Source of the DNA: Chloroflexota bacterium | Lineage (GTDB): Bacteria; Chloroflexota; Anaerolineae; Anaerolineales; UBA4823 | Direction of reading: 5' to 3' | Assembly (NCBI GenBank): GCA_029265355.1 | Contig: JAJUJL010000008.1 | Span: 96,758-160,757 of the forward strand | DNA length: 64,000 nucleotides | Shown: positions 37,735 to 47,881 of the stretch, in pieces | Position numbering within the stretch: position 1 is the stretch's first letter | How the letters are laid out: the number at the start of each line of letters is the position of its first letter | Notes under the pieces: model-generated | Told to the model about the DNA's origin: nothing | What the model saw: only the letters and a program-made list of their open reading frames with translations | Databases searched by the model: none | Position numbers and translations under genes: made by a program

Positions 37735-39906
37735 ATGATCTTTAGCGAAGTAACCTCAGCCGGTGCGCAGTTCTTCCAATGGGTGCCTTTGATCCTGGCA
37801 TTTCCTCTGGCGGGCTTGCTCATCAACATGTTCTTTGGGGGTCGCCTTCCCGAGAAGGTCATCGGCATCGTTGGCAGCAGCGCCGTCGTGCTGACCTTTG
37901 TCGTGGCCGTGTTGCAAGCCATTTCGCTGGTGGGGCACCCAGAAGGTGCGGTGGTGCCGTTGGCAGACTGGATCCATATCGGCGAGCTTCACCTGCGCTG
38001 GGCGATCCAGGTGGATACGCTTTCCGTGACCATGATGCTGGTGGTTTCGGGGGTTGGCTCCTTGATCCACATCTACGCCATCGGCTACATGCATGAGGAT
38101 GTGCGCCACAATGGCGACCCAGGCCGTTACCAACGCTTCTTCGTGTTTTTCAACCTGTTTATCCTGGCCATGATGGTGCTGGTCAGCGCCGACAATTACC
38201 TGATGCTGTTCGTCGGTTGGGAGGGCGTGGGCTTGTGCTCCTACTTGCTGATCGGTTTCTGGTACGACAAAGGCGAAGGTGGCATCGGCAACGCCATGGC
38301 GGCCAAGAAGGCCTTTGTCACCAACCGAGTGGGCGATTTTGGCTTCCTGCTGGCTGCCTTCACCATGTTTGGCGCTTTCCGCAGCTTCGAATTTGAGTCC
38401 GTCTTCCGCCAGGCGCCTGAGGTCGCTGCCATTATTCCCTCGGCGATCATGTTCATCACCCTGTTCATGCTGCTGGGTGTGACCGGCAAATCGGCGCAGT
38501 TGCCACTGTTTGTGTGGCTGCCGGATGCCATGGCAGGCCCGACGCCGGTCTCGGCGTTGATCCATGCGGCAACCATGGTCACCGCCGGCGTTTACCTGGT
38601 GGCGCGTTCCTATCCCCTGTATTCCCTGGTGCCCGAGGCCCAGTTCTGGGTGACTATGGTGGGCGCGCTAACTGCCCTGTTTTCGGCCACCATCGCCGTG
38701 GGGCAGTTCGATATCAAGAAGGTGCTGGCTTACTCCACCATCAGCCAACTAGGCTTCATGGTGGCGGCGGTGGGCATGGGCGCCACGGTGGCAGGCATGT
38801 TCCACCTGGTGACGCACGCTTTCTTCAAGGCGCTGCTCTTTCTCTCGGCTGGATCGGTCATCCTGGGGCTGGAGCAGGGACACCATCATGTAGAACACGA
38901 TCCGGTGCTGCGCAAAAAAGCAAAGAATTTGCACCATTTCGATCCTCAGGATATGCGCAACATGGGTGGCTTGCGCACGCGCATGCCGATCACTTTCTGG
39001 GTATTCACCATCGGTGGCCTGGCGCTGGCGGGCATCTTCCCCCTGGCAGGCTTCTGGTCAAAGGATGAGATCCTGCTGGAAGCCAATCACCTGTATTCCT
39101 GGGCTTACATCATTCTGTCAATTGCCGCTTTCTTTACCGCCTTTTACGTGGGCCGCCAGCTCTTGATGGTCTTCTTCGGCGAACCGCGCACAGAACCCGC
39201 CGCCCACGCCAAGGAAAGCCCTCCGGTGATGACCGTGCCGTTGATGATCCTGGCAGGACTTTCTGCTCTCGGCGGACTGCTCAACCTGCCCGGCATCCAC
39301 ACCTTCGGGCATTGGCTGGAGCACACGCTTGAGGCTGCCACGCATGGCGAAGCCGCCGAAGTAGCCGCAGAGGTAGGCGCCGAAGCCGCACAGGCGGGCG
39401 CCCTCGGCTTTGATCTCGGCATCGCCGCCATCTCTACCGCCCTGGCAGTGGTTGCGTTGGGATTGGCATGGTACCTGTATGACCGGCGTTACAAGCAGAT
39501 GCTCGACATCCCACCTGCCAAGCGTCCGGATGATCCGCTGCGCAGCATACTGGGACCGGTGTTCACCGGTATGGAGCGCAAGTGGTGGGTAGACGAGCTG
39601 TACTGGGCAGTGCTGCTCAACCCTTACATCGCTCTCTCAAAATTCCTGGCGCAGGTGATCGACTGGCGCTTTTGGCACGACTGGTTCCACGACGTGGTCA
39701 TCGCCGGCGGCTTCAAGTGGATCACGCGCCTCACTGCTGTGCGCATCGACCTGGGCGGCATCGACGCCATTGCCAACGGTCTGGCAACGGTCACGCAAGG
39801 ACTGGCGCAACAAATGCGCCGCCTGCAAACCGGCTACGTGCGCAACTACGCCCTGTCGGTATTTGTGGGCGTGGTCATCATTCTGGGTTATTTGATCTTG
39901 AGGTAA
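37735..39906 (+). CDS. nuoL: NADH-quinone oxidoreductase subunit L
   Basis: 723 aa antiporter-like subunit. WEGVGLCSYLLIGFW, GKSAQLPLFVWLPDAMAGPTPVSALIHAATMV. Confidence 0.95.
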   Translation: MIFSEVTSAGAQFFQWVPLILAFPLAGLLINMFFGGRLPEKVIGIVGSSAVVLTFVVAVLQAISLVGHPEGAVVPLADWIHIGELHLRWAIQVDTLSVTMMLVVSGVGSLIHIYAIGYMHEDVRHNGDPGRYQRFFVFFNLFILAMMVLVSADNYLMLFVGWEGVGLCSYLLIGFWYDKGEGGIGNAMAAKKAFVTNRVGDFGFLLAAFTMFGAFRSFEFESVFRQAPEVAAIIPSAIMFITLFMLLGVTGKSAQLPLFVWLPDAMAGPTPVSALIHAATMVTAGVYLVARSYPLYSLVPEAQFWVTMVGALTALFSATIAVGQFDIKKVLAYSTISQLGFMVAAVGMGATVAGMFHLVTHAFFKALLFLSAGSVILGLEQGHHHVEHDPVLRKKAKNLHHFDPQDMRNMGGLRTRMPITFWVFTIGGLALAGIFPLAGFWSKDEILLEANHLYSWAYIILSIAAFFTAFYVGRQLLMVFFGEPRTEPAAHAKESPPVMTVPLMILAGLSALGGLLNLPGIHTFGHWLEHTLEAATHGEAAEVAAEVGAEAAQAGALGFDLGIAAISTALAVVALGLAWYLYDRRYKQMLDIPPAKRPDDPLRSILGPVFTGMERKWWVDELYWAVLLNPYIALSKFLAQVIDWRFWHDWFHDVVIAGGFKWITRLTAVRIDLGGIDAIANGLATVTQGLAQQMRRLQTGYVRNYALSVFVGVVIILGYLILR

Positions 39907-39971
39907 GAAAAGCGTTGGCACGGAAGGTTACTTGTGCCGCAACGACATAGAATCCAAACCGAGGACGAGCC

Positions 39972-41492
39972 ATGAATTTTCTCCTGTATCCCCTCACCAT
40001 GGTGACTTTCTTCCCCCTGTTGGGCGTGCTGGTGCTGCTCTTCTTGAAACCAGAGCAGAAAAACGCTGCCCGCTGGACAGCATTGATCACCTCCCTGATC
40101 ACCTTCGGTATCTCCATTGCCGTGCTGGCGCAATTCGATCGCACCAACCCGGACCTGCAGTTGGTGATCAACCTGCCCTGGATCCAGGTGGCAGGATGGA
40201 ACATCGCTTTCCACATGGGCGTGGATGGGCTGAGCATCCTGCTGGTGTTACTGACCACCTTCCTCACCCCCATTTCGATCCTCTCCACCTGGACGGCGGT
40301 CGAAGATCGGGTCAAAGATTTTATGCTCTTCTTCCTGCTGCTCGAAGTGGGCATGGTGGGGGTGTTCGTCTCGCTGGACCTGTTCCTGTTCTACATCTTC
40401 TGGGAATTCACCCTGGTGCCAATGTACTTCCTGATCGGCATCTGGGGCGGCCCAAACCGCATGTATGCGGCTATCAAGTTCTTCCTGTACACCATGGCAG
40501 GCTCGATCTTGATGCTGCTGGCGGTGCTGTGGCTGGGCATCCAGGGCGGCACCTTCTCCGTGCCTGAGCTGGTAGCGCAGGACAATATCCCGGCCAATTT
40601 GCAAACCTGGCTGTTCCTGGCTTTTGCTGCAGCTTTCGCCATCAAGGTGCCAATGTGGCCGCTGCACTCCTGGCTGCCAGATGCCCACGTGGAAGCGCCC
40701 ACCGCCGGTTCGGTCATCCTGGCAGGCGTACTGCTCAAGATGGGCACTTACGGCTTCCTGCGTTTCAACCTGCCTCTCTTTCCCCAGGCGGCGGTGCAGC
40801 TCGCGCCGCTGATGGGCGTGCTGGCAGTGATTGGCATCATCTACGGCGCGGCGGTGTCCTACGCCCAGCAGGATGTCAAGAAGCTGGTGGCTTATTCCTC
40901 GGTGAGCCACCTGGGTTTCGTCATGCTGGGTTTGTTCGCCCTCAACCCGCAGGGCATCCAGGGCGGCATTCTGCAGATGATCAACCACGGCCTGAGCACC
41001 GGCGCATTATTCTTGATCGTCGGCATGATCTACGAGCGCCGCCATACGCGTGACATGGACGCCTTCGGCGGCTTGTGGAAGATCATGCCGGTGTACGGCG
41101 CGCTGACCCTGATTGTGACGCTTTCTTCGATGGGCCTGCCTGGGTTGAACGGTTTCGTGGGCGAATTCACCATCTTGCTGGGCGCCTGGGAAGCTGGCCA
41201 GGTGGGCGGACCATTTGGCTCGTACTGGTACGCTGGGCTGGCAGCCATTGGCGTCATCCTGGCGGCGGTGTATATGCTGTACATGTTCCAAAAAGTTTTC
41301 CTGGGGCCGGTTGACAAAGACGAGAACCGCAGCTTGAAGGATCTCAACTGGCGTGAAATCGTCACCCTGGCGCCGCTGCTGGTCTTCATCTTCTGGATCG
41401 GCCTGTATCCCAGGCCTTTCTTCGAGCTGATGGCTCCATCGGTGGACAAACTGGTGCAGATCTTGCAAACGGCCGCCCTGGCGATACGCTAA
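39972..41492 (+). CDS. nuoM: NADH-quinone oxidoreductase subunit M
   Basis: 506 aa. FAIKVPMWPLHSWLPDAHVEAPTAGSVILAGVLLKMG. Confidence 0.95.
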   Translation: MNFLLYPLTMVTFFPLLGVLVLLFLKPEQKNAARWTALITSLITFGISIAVLAQFDRTNPDLQLVINLPWIQVAGWNIAFHMGVDGLSILLVLLTTFLTPISILSTWTAVEDRVKDFMLFFLLLEVGMVGVFVSLDLFLFYIFWEFTLVPMYFLIGIWGGPNRMYAAIKFFLYTMAGSILMLLAVLWLGIQGGTFSVPELVAQDNIPANLQTWLFLAFAAAFAIKVPMWPLHSWLPDAHVEAPTAGSVILAGVLLKMGTYGFLRFNLPLFPQAAVQLAPLMGVLAVIGIIYGAAVSYAQQDVKKLVAYSSVSHLGFVMLGLFALNPQGIQGGILQMINHGLSTGALFLIVGMIYERRHTRDMDAFGGLWKIMPVYGALTLIVTLSSMGLPGLNGFVGEFTILLGAWEAGQVGGPFGSYWYAGLAAIGVILAAVYMLYMFQKVFLGPVDKDENRSLKDLNWREIVTLAPLLVFIFWIGLYPRPFFELMAPSVDKLVQILQTAALAIR

Positions 41493-41518
41493 CCGCTGCG
41501 GCGCGAGAGGAGCTGGTT

Positions 41519-42964
41519 ATGAATGTGCAGGATCTGTACGCAATCTCTCCCCTGATCGTCCTGGTCACCTGGGCCACGTTGCTGATCCTGGTGGATGTTT
41601 ACATCATTCGGGATCGCAACGGCGGCACGCCTATCCTGGCGGCGCTGGGCCTACTGGTCGCCATGGGCTTCGCGATCGCCCAAACCGGGCAGCAGTACAC
41701 AGCCTTCAACGGTATGGCGGTGGTGGATGGTTTCGCCATCTTCCTGCAAGTGCTGTTCCTCGGCAGCGGCCTGGTCGGCATTGCCCTGGCTTACAACTAC
41801 CTGCAGCGCATGGGCATCGAGCGCAGCGAATACTACATTCTGCTGCTCTATTCAATCTCCGGGATGATGCTGATGGCGATCGCCGCCGACCTGATCGTGG
41901 TCTTCCTGGCGCTGGAGCTGCTCTCTATCCCGCTGTATGTCCTGGCTGGCTTTGGCCGTCCTAAAGTCGAACCTGAAGAAGCTGCTTTGAAGTACTTCCT
42001 GCTGGGCGCTTTTGCCGGCGGCTTCGTGGTTTACGGCATTGCCCTGGCCTTCGGCGCCACAGCCACCACTTCCCTGGCAGGCATCGTGCAAGCAGTGAAC
42101 GCCGGTTCCGCCAACCTGACGCTGCTGAGCATCGGCGCGGCGCTGATCTTGATCGGGCTGGGTTTCAAGGTGGCAGCGGTGCCGTTCCACATGTGGACGC
42201 CCGATGTGTACCAGGGCGCACCCAGCGCGGTGACGGCTTTCATGTCGGTAGGCGCCAAGGCGGGCGGGTTTGCCGCTCTGCTAAGGGTGTTTGTCAGCGC
42301 CTTGCCTGAGCTGGCAGCCGATCTGTCGCCGGTGCTGTGGGTGCTGGCGGCGCTGACCATGATCCTGGGCAACGTGGTTGCCATTGCCCAGGGCAACATC
42401 AAGCGCCTGCTGGCTTATTCGAGCATCGCCCATGCCGGTTACATCCTCATGGCGCTGGTGGTGTTTGGCAACACTCAGGTCTCCAGCGACGCGGTGGCAG
42501 CGGCGCTGTTCTACCTGGTAGCTTATGCAGTGACCAGCTTCGGCGCTTGGGCAGTGGTGATCGCCCTGGAGAAAGCCGAGCAAAAAGGATTAGCGCTGGA
42601 TGACTACGCCGGGCTGGGGCGCAAATACCCAGGACTGGCCGCGGCGATGGCGGTCTTCATGTTGTCCTTCACCGGCGTGCCCCCCACCCTGGGCTTTGTC
42701 GGCAAGCTGTACCTGTTTCGCACCGTGCTGGAAGGCGGTTTCATCTGGCTGGCGGTGATCGGTGTGCTCACTTCCCTGGTCTCGGCTTACTACTACCTGC
42801 GCATCGTGGTGATCATGTATATGCGCGACGGCGACCCGCAGGTGCACGCCGAACCCTGGCTGCGCCTGACAGCAGGTGTGACTGCCGTGGCGACAGTGGT
42901 GCTCAGTTTATATGCCGGGCCGCTCTTCGCTTGGGCCTCTCAGGCGGTGTTGAAGCTGTTTTGA
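41519..42964 (+). CDS. nuoN: NADH-quinone oxidoreductase subunit N
   Basis: 481 aa. FKVAAVPFHMWTPDVYQGAPSAVTAFMS, LLAYSSIAHAGY. Confidence 0.95.
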   Translation: MNVQDLYAISPLIVLVTWATLLILVDVYIIRDRNGGTPILAALGLLVAMGFAIAQTGQQYTAFNGMAVVDGFAIFLQVLFLGSGLVGIALAYNYLQRMGIERSEYYILLLYSISGMMLMAIAADLIVVFLALELLSIPLYVLAGFGRPKVEPEEAALKYFLLGAFAGGFVVYGIALAFGATATTSLAGIVQAVNAGSANLTLLSIGAALILIGLGFKVAAVPFHMWTPDVYQGAPSAVTAFMSVGAKAGGFAALLRVFVSALPELAADLSPVLWVLAALTMILGNVVAIAQGNIKRLLAYSSIAHAGYILMALVVFGNTQVSSDAVAAALFYLVAYAVTSFGAWAVVIALEKAEQKGLALDDYAGLGRKYPGLAAAMAVFMLSFTGVPPTLGFVGKLYLFRTVLEGGFIWLAVIGVLTSLVSAYYYLRIVVIMYMRDGDPQVHAEPWLRLTAGVTAVATVVLSLYAGPLFAWASQAVLKLF

Positions 42965-43017
42965 CCCTCTTGAAAACAAACGAAAAACCATCGCAATAAC
43001 ACGTCTGGCTTCTCATC

Positions 43018-43041
43018 AATCGGCGGAGGCGATTTTCTTTT
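43018..43041 (+). terminator. Weak terminator-like hairpin plus T-rich tail after nuoN
   Basis: AATCG-gcggagg-CGATT followed by TTCTTTT. Only a 5-bp stem. Confidence 0.2.
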
Positions 43042-43152
43042 CATGAGCTGACACGCCTCTCCCAATAAGTGACATCAGAACTCAGGCAGTTGGCGGCGCT
43101 GAGAATGATGCTCCAAGCTGGTGACAAGGTGGAATCGCAGGCAAGGCTCGAG

Positions 43153-43824
43153 TTAGAGGTATCGAATATGATACCGGGTTGCTGCGCTGAGATCTGAATA
43201 TGCGCCGCGATATTCGGGCGGCAGCAGCTCTGCCAGGAGATACATGATCTCATCGGTGATTTGCTGGCGAACGAGGCGTGTGACCGGCTCTGTGGCTGGT
43301 TCTATGCGGAAAGGCCGACCAGTGCGGATGTGGAATTCAGTCCGGCGCAGGCGGCGGATATTGTGGCGAAAGGCCTCGTTGCCATAGTAAACCAATGGCA
43401 GCAGCGGCGCGCCGGAGTGCAGCGCCAGGGTGACGATACCGGGATGGCCTCTGCGCAGCCTCCCGTCGCCGCTGCGCGTGCCCTCCGGTGTGATCGCCAC
43501 AATTTTGCCAGCATCTAAAGCCTGCAGACCCCTGCGCAGCGCCGCGGTATCCGCCTCACCACGGTGCAGCGGTATGGCGCCCCACAAATCGAACAGCGCT
43601 CCCATCCAACGGCTGTCCCAGGTTTCAGCTTTGGCAAAGCCTGTGATCGGCCGCGGCTGGAGGTGGCTGTACATCAGCGGTACTTCCAGGAAATTGATAT
43701 GGTTGCACACCAGGATCAGCGGGCCATGCCGCGGCACCTGTTGAAGTGGCTCTTCATCGATGCGGCACAACACCCGAGTGATATTCTTGATGGTATTGGT
43801 AACAGTCCAATGCGCCAGGTTCAT
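43153..43824 (-). CDS. plsC: 1-acyl-sn-glycerol-3-phosphate acyltransferase family (LPLAT)
   Basis: NHINFLEVP (HX4D/E box) and ITPEGTRS. Confidence 0.8.
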   Translation of the reverse strand: MNLAHWTVTNTIKNITRVLCRIDEEPLQQVPRHGPLILVCNHINFLEVPLMYSHLQPRPITGFAKAETWDSRWMGALFDLWGAIPLHRGEADTAALRRGLQALDAGKIVAITPEGTRSGDGRLRRGHPGIVTLALHSGAPLLPLVYYGNEAFRHNIRRLRRTEFHIRTGRPFRIEPATEPVTRLVRQQITDEIMYLLAELLPPEYRGAYSDLSAATRYHIRYL

Positions 43825-43828
43825 GGCA

Positions 43829-44758
43829 TCAAACTTTGGCTGGTCCGATCACATCCAGCAGCTCAGGCAGGATGTGTAGATCCAGGCGTTCACCCGCAAT
43901 GCACAACGTCTCGCCATCAGCGTGGGCTGGCAAGGCGCCTTGAACCGCGACGACCGTTAACTTGTCCGCGCGCGCAGTGCGAATGGCAGGGTGCCCGGCC
44001 TGGGTGCCCTGCATGAAACGCGGGATCAGGCCAAAGATGCCCAGCTTGCTCACCTGCCCTGCAATGCACAGGTCGAACAAGCCGTCGTTGGTCATCCCGT
44101 CGGGCGCCATCATGAATCCTCCCCCCATGCGCCGGCCGTTCATCACCGAAACCATCAACGCTGGCTGGACGAGCACCTGGTCGCTAAACTCGATGCGCAC
44201 CGTCGGCGCCTTGAAGTATAAAAAGATGGTTTTGAGCGCGGCGATGATGTAGGAAGGAAACCCGCTCAGGCGCTTGAGCTTGAGCGCTTCGAAGCCAACC
44301 ACGGCATCGAAACCAATCCCCACTCCGTTGCCAAAATAGCGCCCTTGAGGGTAATCACCGCCCTGCACAAAGCCCACATCCAACTTATGGCGCACCCCAT
44401 TCGCCAGGATCTGGCAGGCGGCTGAGATATCGTGCGGGACGCCGATGCCATAAGCAAAGTCATTGCCGCGACCCACGGGGATCACGCCCAAGGCCGCTTG
44501 CCCATCGCCATTCCGGCGGGCGCGAGCCAGGCCATTCAGCGTCTCGTTAGCGGTGCCGTCTCCGCCAACAGCGACGACCACATCCCAATCCGCGATAGAG
44601 GCCTGTTCAGCCAGCTCGATCGCGTCACCTGGGTGACGTGTGCGCTCAATTTCGAAATCCAAGCCCAGGCTGTGAAGCTGCTGCTCCAGGGGCAAGTAGG
44701 CTTGTTCGCCAGCGCCGCGGCCAGCGACCGGATTGAGCAGGATTTTGTAACGTGTCAT
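43829..44758 (-). CDS. Diacylglycerol/lipid kinase (YegS/BmrU family)
   Basis: KILLNPVAGRG, VVAVGGDGTANETLNGL, PVGRGNDFA. ATG 44758 is preferred to TTG 44806 because an extended -10 (44775-44783) lies between the two. Confidence 0.85.
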   Translation of the reverse strand: MTRYKILLNPVAGRGAGEQAYLPLEQQLHSLGLDFEIERTRHPGDAIELAEQASIADWDVVVAVGGDGTANETLNGLARARRNGDGQAALGVIPVGRGNDFAYGIGVPHDISAACQILANGVRHKLDVGFVQGGDYPQGRYFGNGVGIGFDAVVGFEALKLKRLSGFPSYIIAALKTIFLYFKAPTVRIEFSDQVLVQPALMVSVMNGRRMGGGFMMAPDGMTNDGLFDLCIAGQVSKLGIFGLIPRFMQGTQAGHPAIRTARADKLTVVAVQGALPAHADGETLCIAGERLDLHILPELLDVIGPAKV

Positions 44759-44774
44759 AGGATGGCTTCTGTTG

Positions 44775-44783
44775 AGTATAGCA
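44775..44783 (-). promoter_or_regulatory. Extended -10 TGCTATACT upstream of the lipid kinase gene
   Basis: The minus strand reads tttaTGCTATACTcaacagaagccatcctATG, with 16 nt between the box and the ATG. Confidence 0.35.
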
Positions 44784-44882
44784 TAAATAGCCAAATTCAA
44801 ATACAACCCACAAACTCCAAAATATCCCTTTCGTGTAGGATAGGTTCGGCGGTGGCCTCGAAATTACTGGCGCGCCATCAGG

Positions 44883-45800
44883 CTATGGGCCAGAGAAGAA
44901 ATCATCCAAAAGCCTGGTGTATTCCTCGGCCCGGTTGAGATATGGAAAGTGACCGGCTGCAGAAAACGTATGCACTGCAGCGGCAGGATAAGTAGCTTTC
45001 AACTGCGCCCTTAGGGAAGCTTCCACCAAAGGATCGTTGTCCGATTCCAGGATCATCACCGGCATCTGCGGAGCTGGCGCTTCGAATTTTTGCACCACGC
45101 AGCGGTAGCGCCCCACCACCTGGGCCTTGGTCATGCGCCCGTAGCCCATTTCGTTCAAGAATGCCAGGGTGAGCTCATCTTGACCTGATGTCGGGTAAAT
45201 GCTCTGCTCGAAGCTACCCCTCAAAACCGAGATGACCAACCACTCCGGCAGGAATGGTAACAGCGTTCCAATGGTGCGGTTCTTTTCAGCGATCAGGTCA
45301 TTGGGCGGGAAAGTATTGGCAAATACCGCCCGGGCGATCATCTCTGGATGCCGGGAAACCAGGTATTGAGCAAAGTATCCGCCCAGGGATGTGCCGACGA
45401 GGTTAATCCGGGTCACGTTTTCTCGCCCAAGAATGGCGAGCAAGCCTTGCTCGAGCTCTTCCAGGCTGTCCACGGCTGGATAAGTAACGCTGATAATGCG
45501 GTAGCGATCTTTCAGCGCCTGGATTTGTTGCCACCAGATATCATAAGCGCCGGTCATACCGTGCAGGAAAACGATCACCTGCTCTCCCTGCCCGACAACG
45601 AGGTATTCCCACTTCACCCCGCCCACGCTGATCAGGCTGAGAGGCTGCGACTGGCGGAAAGAAACCAGGGACTGGCTGGTAGTCGCATGCACCTTGCCGT
45701 ACACCTCCGCAAATGGAACCCGAGGCACCGGCCAAAGATAAACGATCACCAACGCCAGGAGCACAATTGCTGGGATAAGCCACTTGACCTGTCTTCGCAT
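44883..45800 (-). CDS. Alpha/beta hydrolase with N-terminal TM anchor
   Basis: N-terminal TM WLIPAIVLLALVIVYLW. HGMTGAY oxyanion region. Nucleophile elbow GTSLGG. Confidence 0.8.
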   Translation of the reverse strand: MRRQVKWLIPAIVLLALVIVYLWPVPRVPFAEVYGKVHATTSQSLVSFRQSQPLSLISVGGVKWEYLVVGQGEQVIVFLHGMTGAYDIWWQQIQALKDRYRIISVTYPAVDSLEELEQGLLAILGRENVTRINLVGTSLGGYFAQYLVSRHPEMIARAVFANTFPPNDLIAEKNRTIGTLLPFLPEWLVISVLRGSFEQSIYPTSGQDELTLAFLNEMGYGRMTKAQVVGRYRCVVQKFEAPAPQMPVMILESDNDPLVEASLRAQLKATYPAAAVHTFSAAGHFPYLNRAEEYTRLLDDFFSGP

Positions 45801-45832
45801 GCGGTTGCCCTCCTCACCTCAGACTGGTTAAT

Positions 45833-46630
45833 TTACGCGCACGCCTGCGCTTGCGCCAACAGCCAATGTTCTATCTCAGGGATGTTTTCATCCAGCCGCG
45901 CCGCCGCCACCACCGGTAACCAGCGTCGGTACTCGGGCTCGCCGCCAGGCCGCAATTTGAAATAGTGTCGCAAATAGGCAGCATGAAACTGCTTTACAAA
46001 CAGTTTCATCAGCCGCCCCGGCACCATCGCGCTGTGCGCCGCACCCAACAAGATGATCGTCGTGCGCGCCACATCTGCCAGTGGATTGCCGCGCGCCGCA
46101 TCAATCCAGTCAATGATCACGGCACCCTCGCCTGTCATTAGCATATTGCCGGGGTGGAAATCCCCGTGGCAAACCCGGTCGCCACCGGGCAGAGCCTCCA
46201 GGCACGCCAACATTCTCGCTCGCTTACCGGCAGGCAGGGCGCTGGCGTGGCTGATCTTGCGTTGCAGCTTTGTACGCTGCTGGGGCAGGTCTGCCGGCAG
46301 CTCTTTGGAATGCATTTGAGCCTGCAGATTGGCAAGCTGTACCGCCAAACTCTTCACTCGCCAGGGCTGAGATTGCACCATCTCCAGCATGGATTTGCCG
46401 TGCACACGCTCATAGATCAAGCCCATGCGCCCATCCAGGTGCAGCACCTCGCCGGGAGCCGGTGTGGGAACACCTGCGGCATGCACGGCGCGCGCCAGGC
46501 GAGCCTCATACTCGATATTTTCCGGCTCGAACCAGTCGTGAAAGAGCTTGATGACGTAGCCATCACCCCATAAATGAATATCTGCAGTTCTTCCCTGGGC
46601 AATCAGGCGGCCGGGCCTGGTTTCTTGCAT
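45833..46630 (-). CDS. Phosphotransferase/kinase-like protein (APH family fold)
   Basis: VCHGDFHPGNMLM (HGDxxxxN catalytic loop) and IIDWIDAARGNPLADVA. Confidence 0.8.
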   Translation of the reverse strand: MQETRPGRLIAQGRTADIHLWGDGYVIKLFHDWFEPENIEYEARLARAVHAAGVPTPAPGEVLHLDGRMGLIYERVHGKSMLEMVQSQPWRVKSLAVQLANLQAQMHSKELPADLPQQRTKLQRKISHASALPAGKRARMLACLEALPGGDRVCHGDFHPGNMLMTGEGAVIIDWIDAARGNPLADVARTTIILLGAAHSAMVPGRLMKLFVKQFHAAYLRHYFKLRPGGEPEYRRWLPVVAAARLDENIPEIEHWLLAQAQACA

Positions 46631-46679
46631 TGATTCACCTTTCTGAAAACATCCAACTGCGCTGCAGGGATTATAACGG

Positions 46680-46708
46680 CACAGTCGCGCAGAAACAACC
46701 TGCCTGCC
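46680..46708 (-). promoter_or_regulatory. Candidate promoter TTGTTT-17-TATAAT for the kinase-like/lipid operon
   Basis: On the minus strand TTGTTT is at 46708-46703, followed by a 17-nt spacer and TATAAT at 46685-46680. AAGGTG SD precedes ATG 46630. Confidence 0.45.
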
Positions 46709-46771
46709 AGGCCATTACATGGGTTAAAATCAAGTCTATCTAGCAGGCCAACACCTCTTCAGGAGATCAGG

Positions 46772-47854
46772 ATGAGACGCGTTCACAACTTCAACGCTGG
46801 ACCGGCAGCGCTGCCGCTGGCGGTTTTAGAACAAGCCCAGGCAGAGTTGCTGGATTTCCACGGCAGTGGCATGTCCATTTTAGAAATGAGCCACCGCTCA
46901 AAAGCCTTCGATAAAGTTATCGGGGAAGCGGAGCAGAACCTCCGAGAGCTGCTGAATATTCCATCGAGCTACAAAGTGCTTTTCCAGCAGGGCGGCGCCA
47001 GCTTGCAATTCGCCATGGTACCGCTCAACCTACGACCTGCCGGAGCATCTGCAGATTACCTGGTCAACGGCGCCTGGGGCCGGGCTGCCTTCAAAGACGC
47101 CCAAAAACAGGGCAAGGCGCGCCTGGCGGGCAGCAGTGAAGCGACCAACTACGACCGCACGCCCGAACAGGTCGATTACGACCCGCAAGCCGCTTACCTG
47201 CACTTCACTTCGAATGAGACAATCCACGGCGTGCAATTTCAACAGGAGCCCCAGCCTCCGGCCGGCGTGCCCCTGGTCTGCGATATGTCCTCGGATATTT
47301 TGAGCCGCCCGATCGAGGTCGCGAGATACGGATTGATCTACGCCGGCGCGCAGAAGAACGCTGGCCCGGCAGGCGTGACGCTGGTGATCGTGAACGAAGA
47401 ATTGCTGGCGCGCACGCCCAAGGATCTACCCGTGATGCTCGATTACCGCCTGCAGGCCGAAGCCGGCTCGATGCACAACACGCCCCCGGTATTTGCCGTG
47501 TACATCGTGGGACTGGTGCTGAAATGGCTCAAGGCTGAGGGTGGGCTAAAAGCAATGGCACAGCGAAACCAGGAGAAAGCCACTCTGATCTACCGGGTCA
47601 TCGATCAGAGCGGTGGATTCTACCGTGGCCATGCAATGCCGAAAGAGCGCTCGCTGATGAATGTGACTTTCCGGCTGCCCAGTGAAGAGCTGGAAGCGAC
47701 CTTTGCCAGGCAAGCCGAAGCTGCCGACCTGGTAGGATTGAAAGGGCATCGTTCCGTGGGCGGTATACGCGCCTCGCTCTACAACGCACTGCCAGTCGAG
47801 GCAGCCCAGGCGTTGGCTGAATTCATGCGCGAATTCCAGCGCAGGCAGGGTTAA
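46772..47854 (+). CDS. serC: 3-phosphoserine aminotransferase
   Basis: 360 aa. HNFNAGPAALP, ILEMSHRS, YAGAQKNAGPAGVT (PLP-Lys region), GGIRASLYNA. Confidence 0.95.
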   Translation: MRRVHNFNAGPAALPLAVLEQAQAELLDFHGSGMSILEMSHRSKAFDKVIGEAEQNLRELLNIPSSYKVLFQQGGASLQFAMVPLNLRPAGASADYLVNGAWGRAAFKDAQKQGKARLAGSSEATNYDRTPEQVDYDPQAAYLHFTSNETIHGVQFQQEPQPPAGVPLVCDMSSDILSRPIEVARYGLIYAGAQKNAGPAGVTLVIVNEELLARTPKDLPVMLDYRLQAEAGSMHNTPPVFAVYIVGLVLKWLKAEGGLKAMAQRNQEKATLIYRVIDQSGGFYRGHAMPKERSLMNVTFRLPSEELEATFARQAEAADLVGLKGHRSVGGIRASLYNALPVEAAQALAEFMREFQRRQG

Positions 47855-47881
47855 GCTGACTGGCTCTGCCTGAAAATCGCT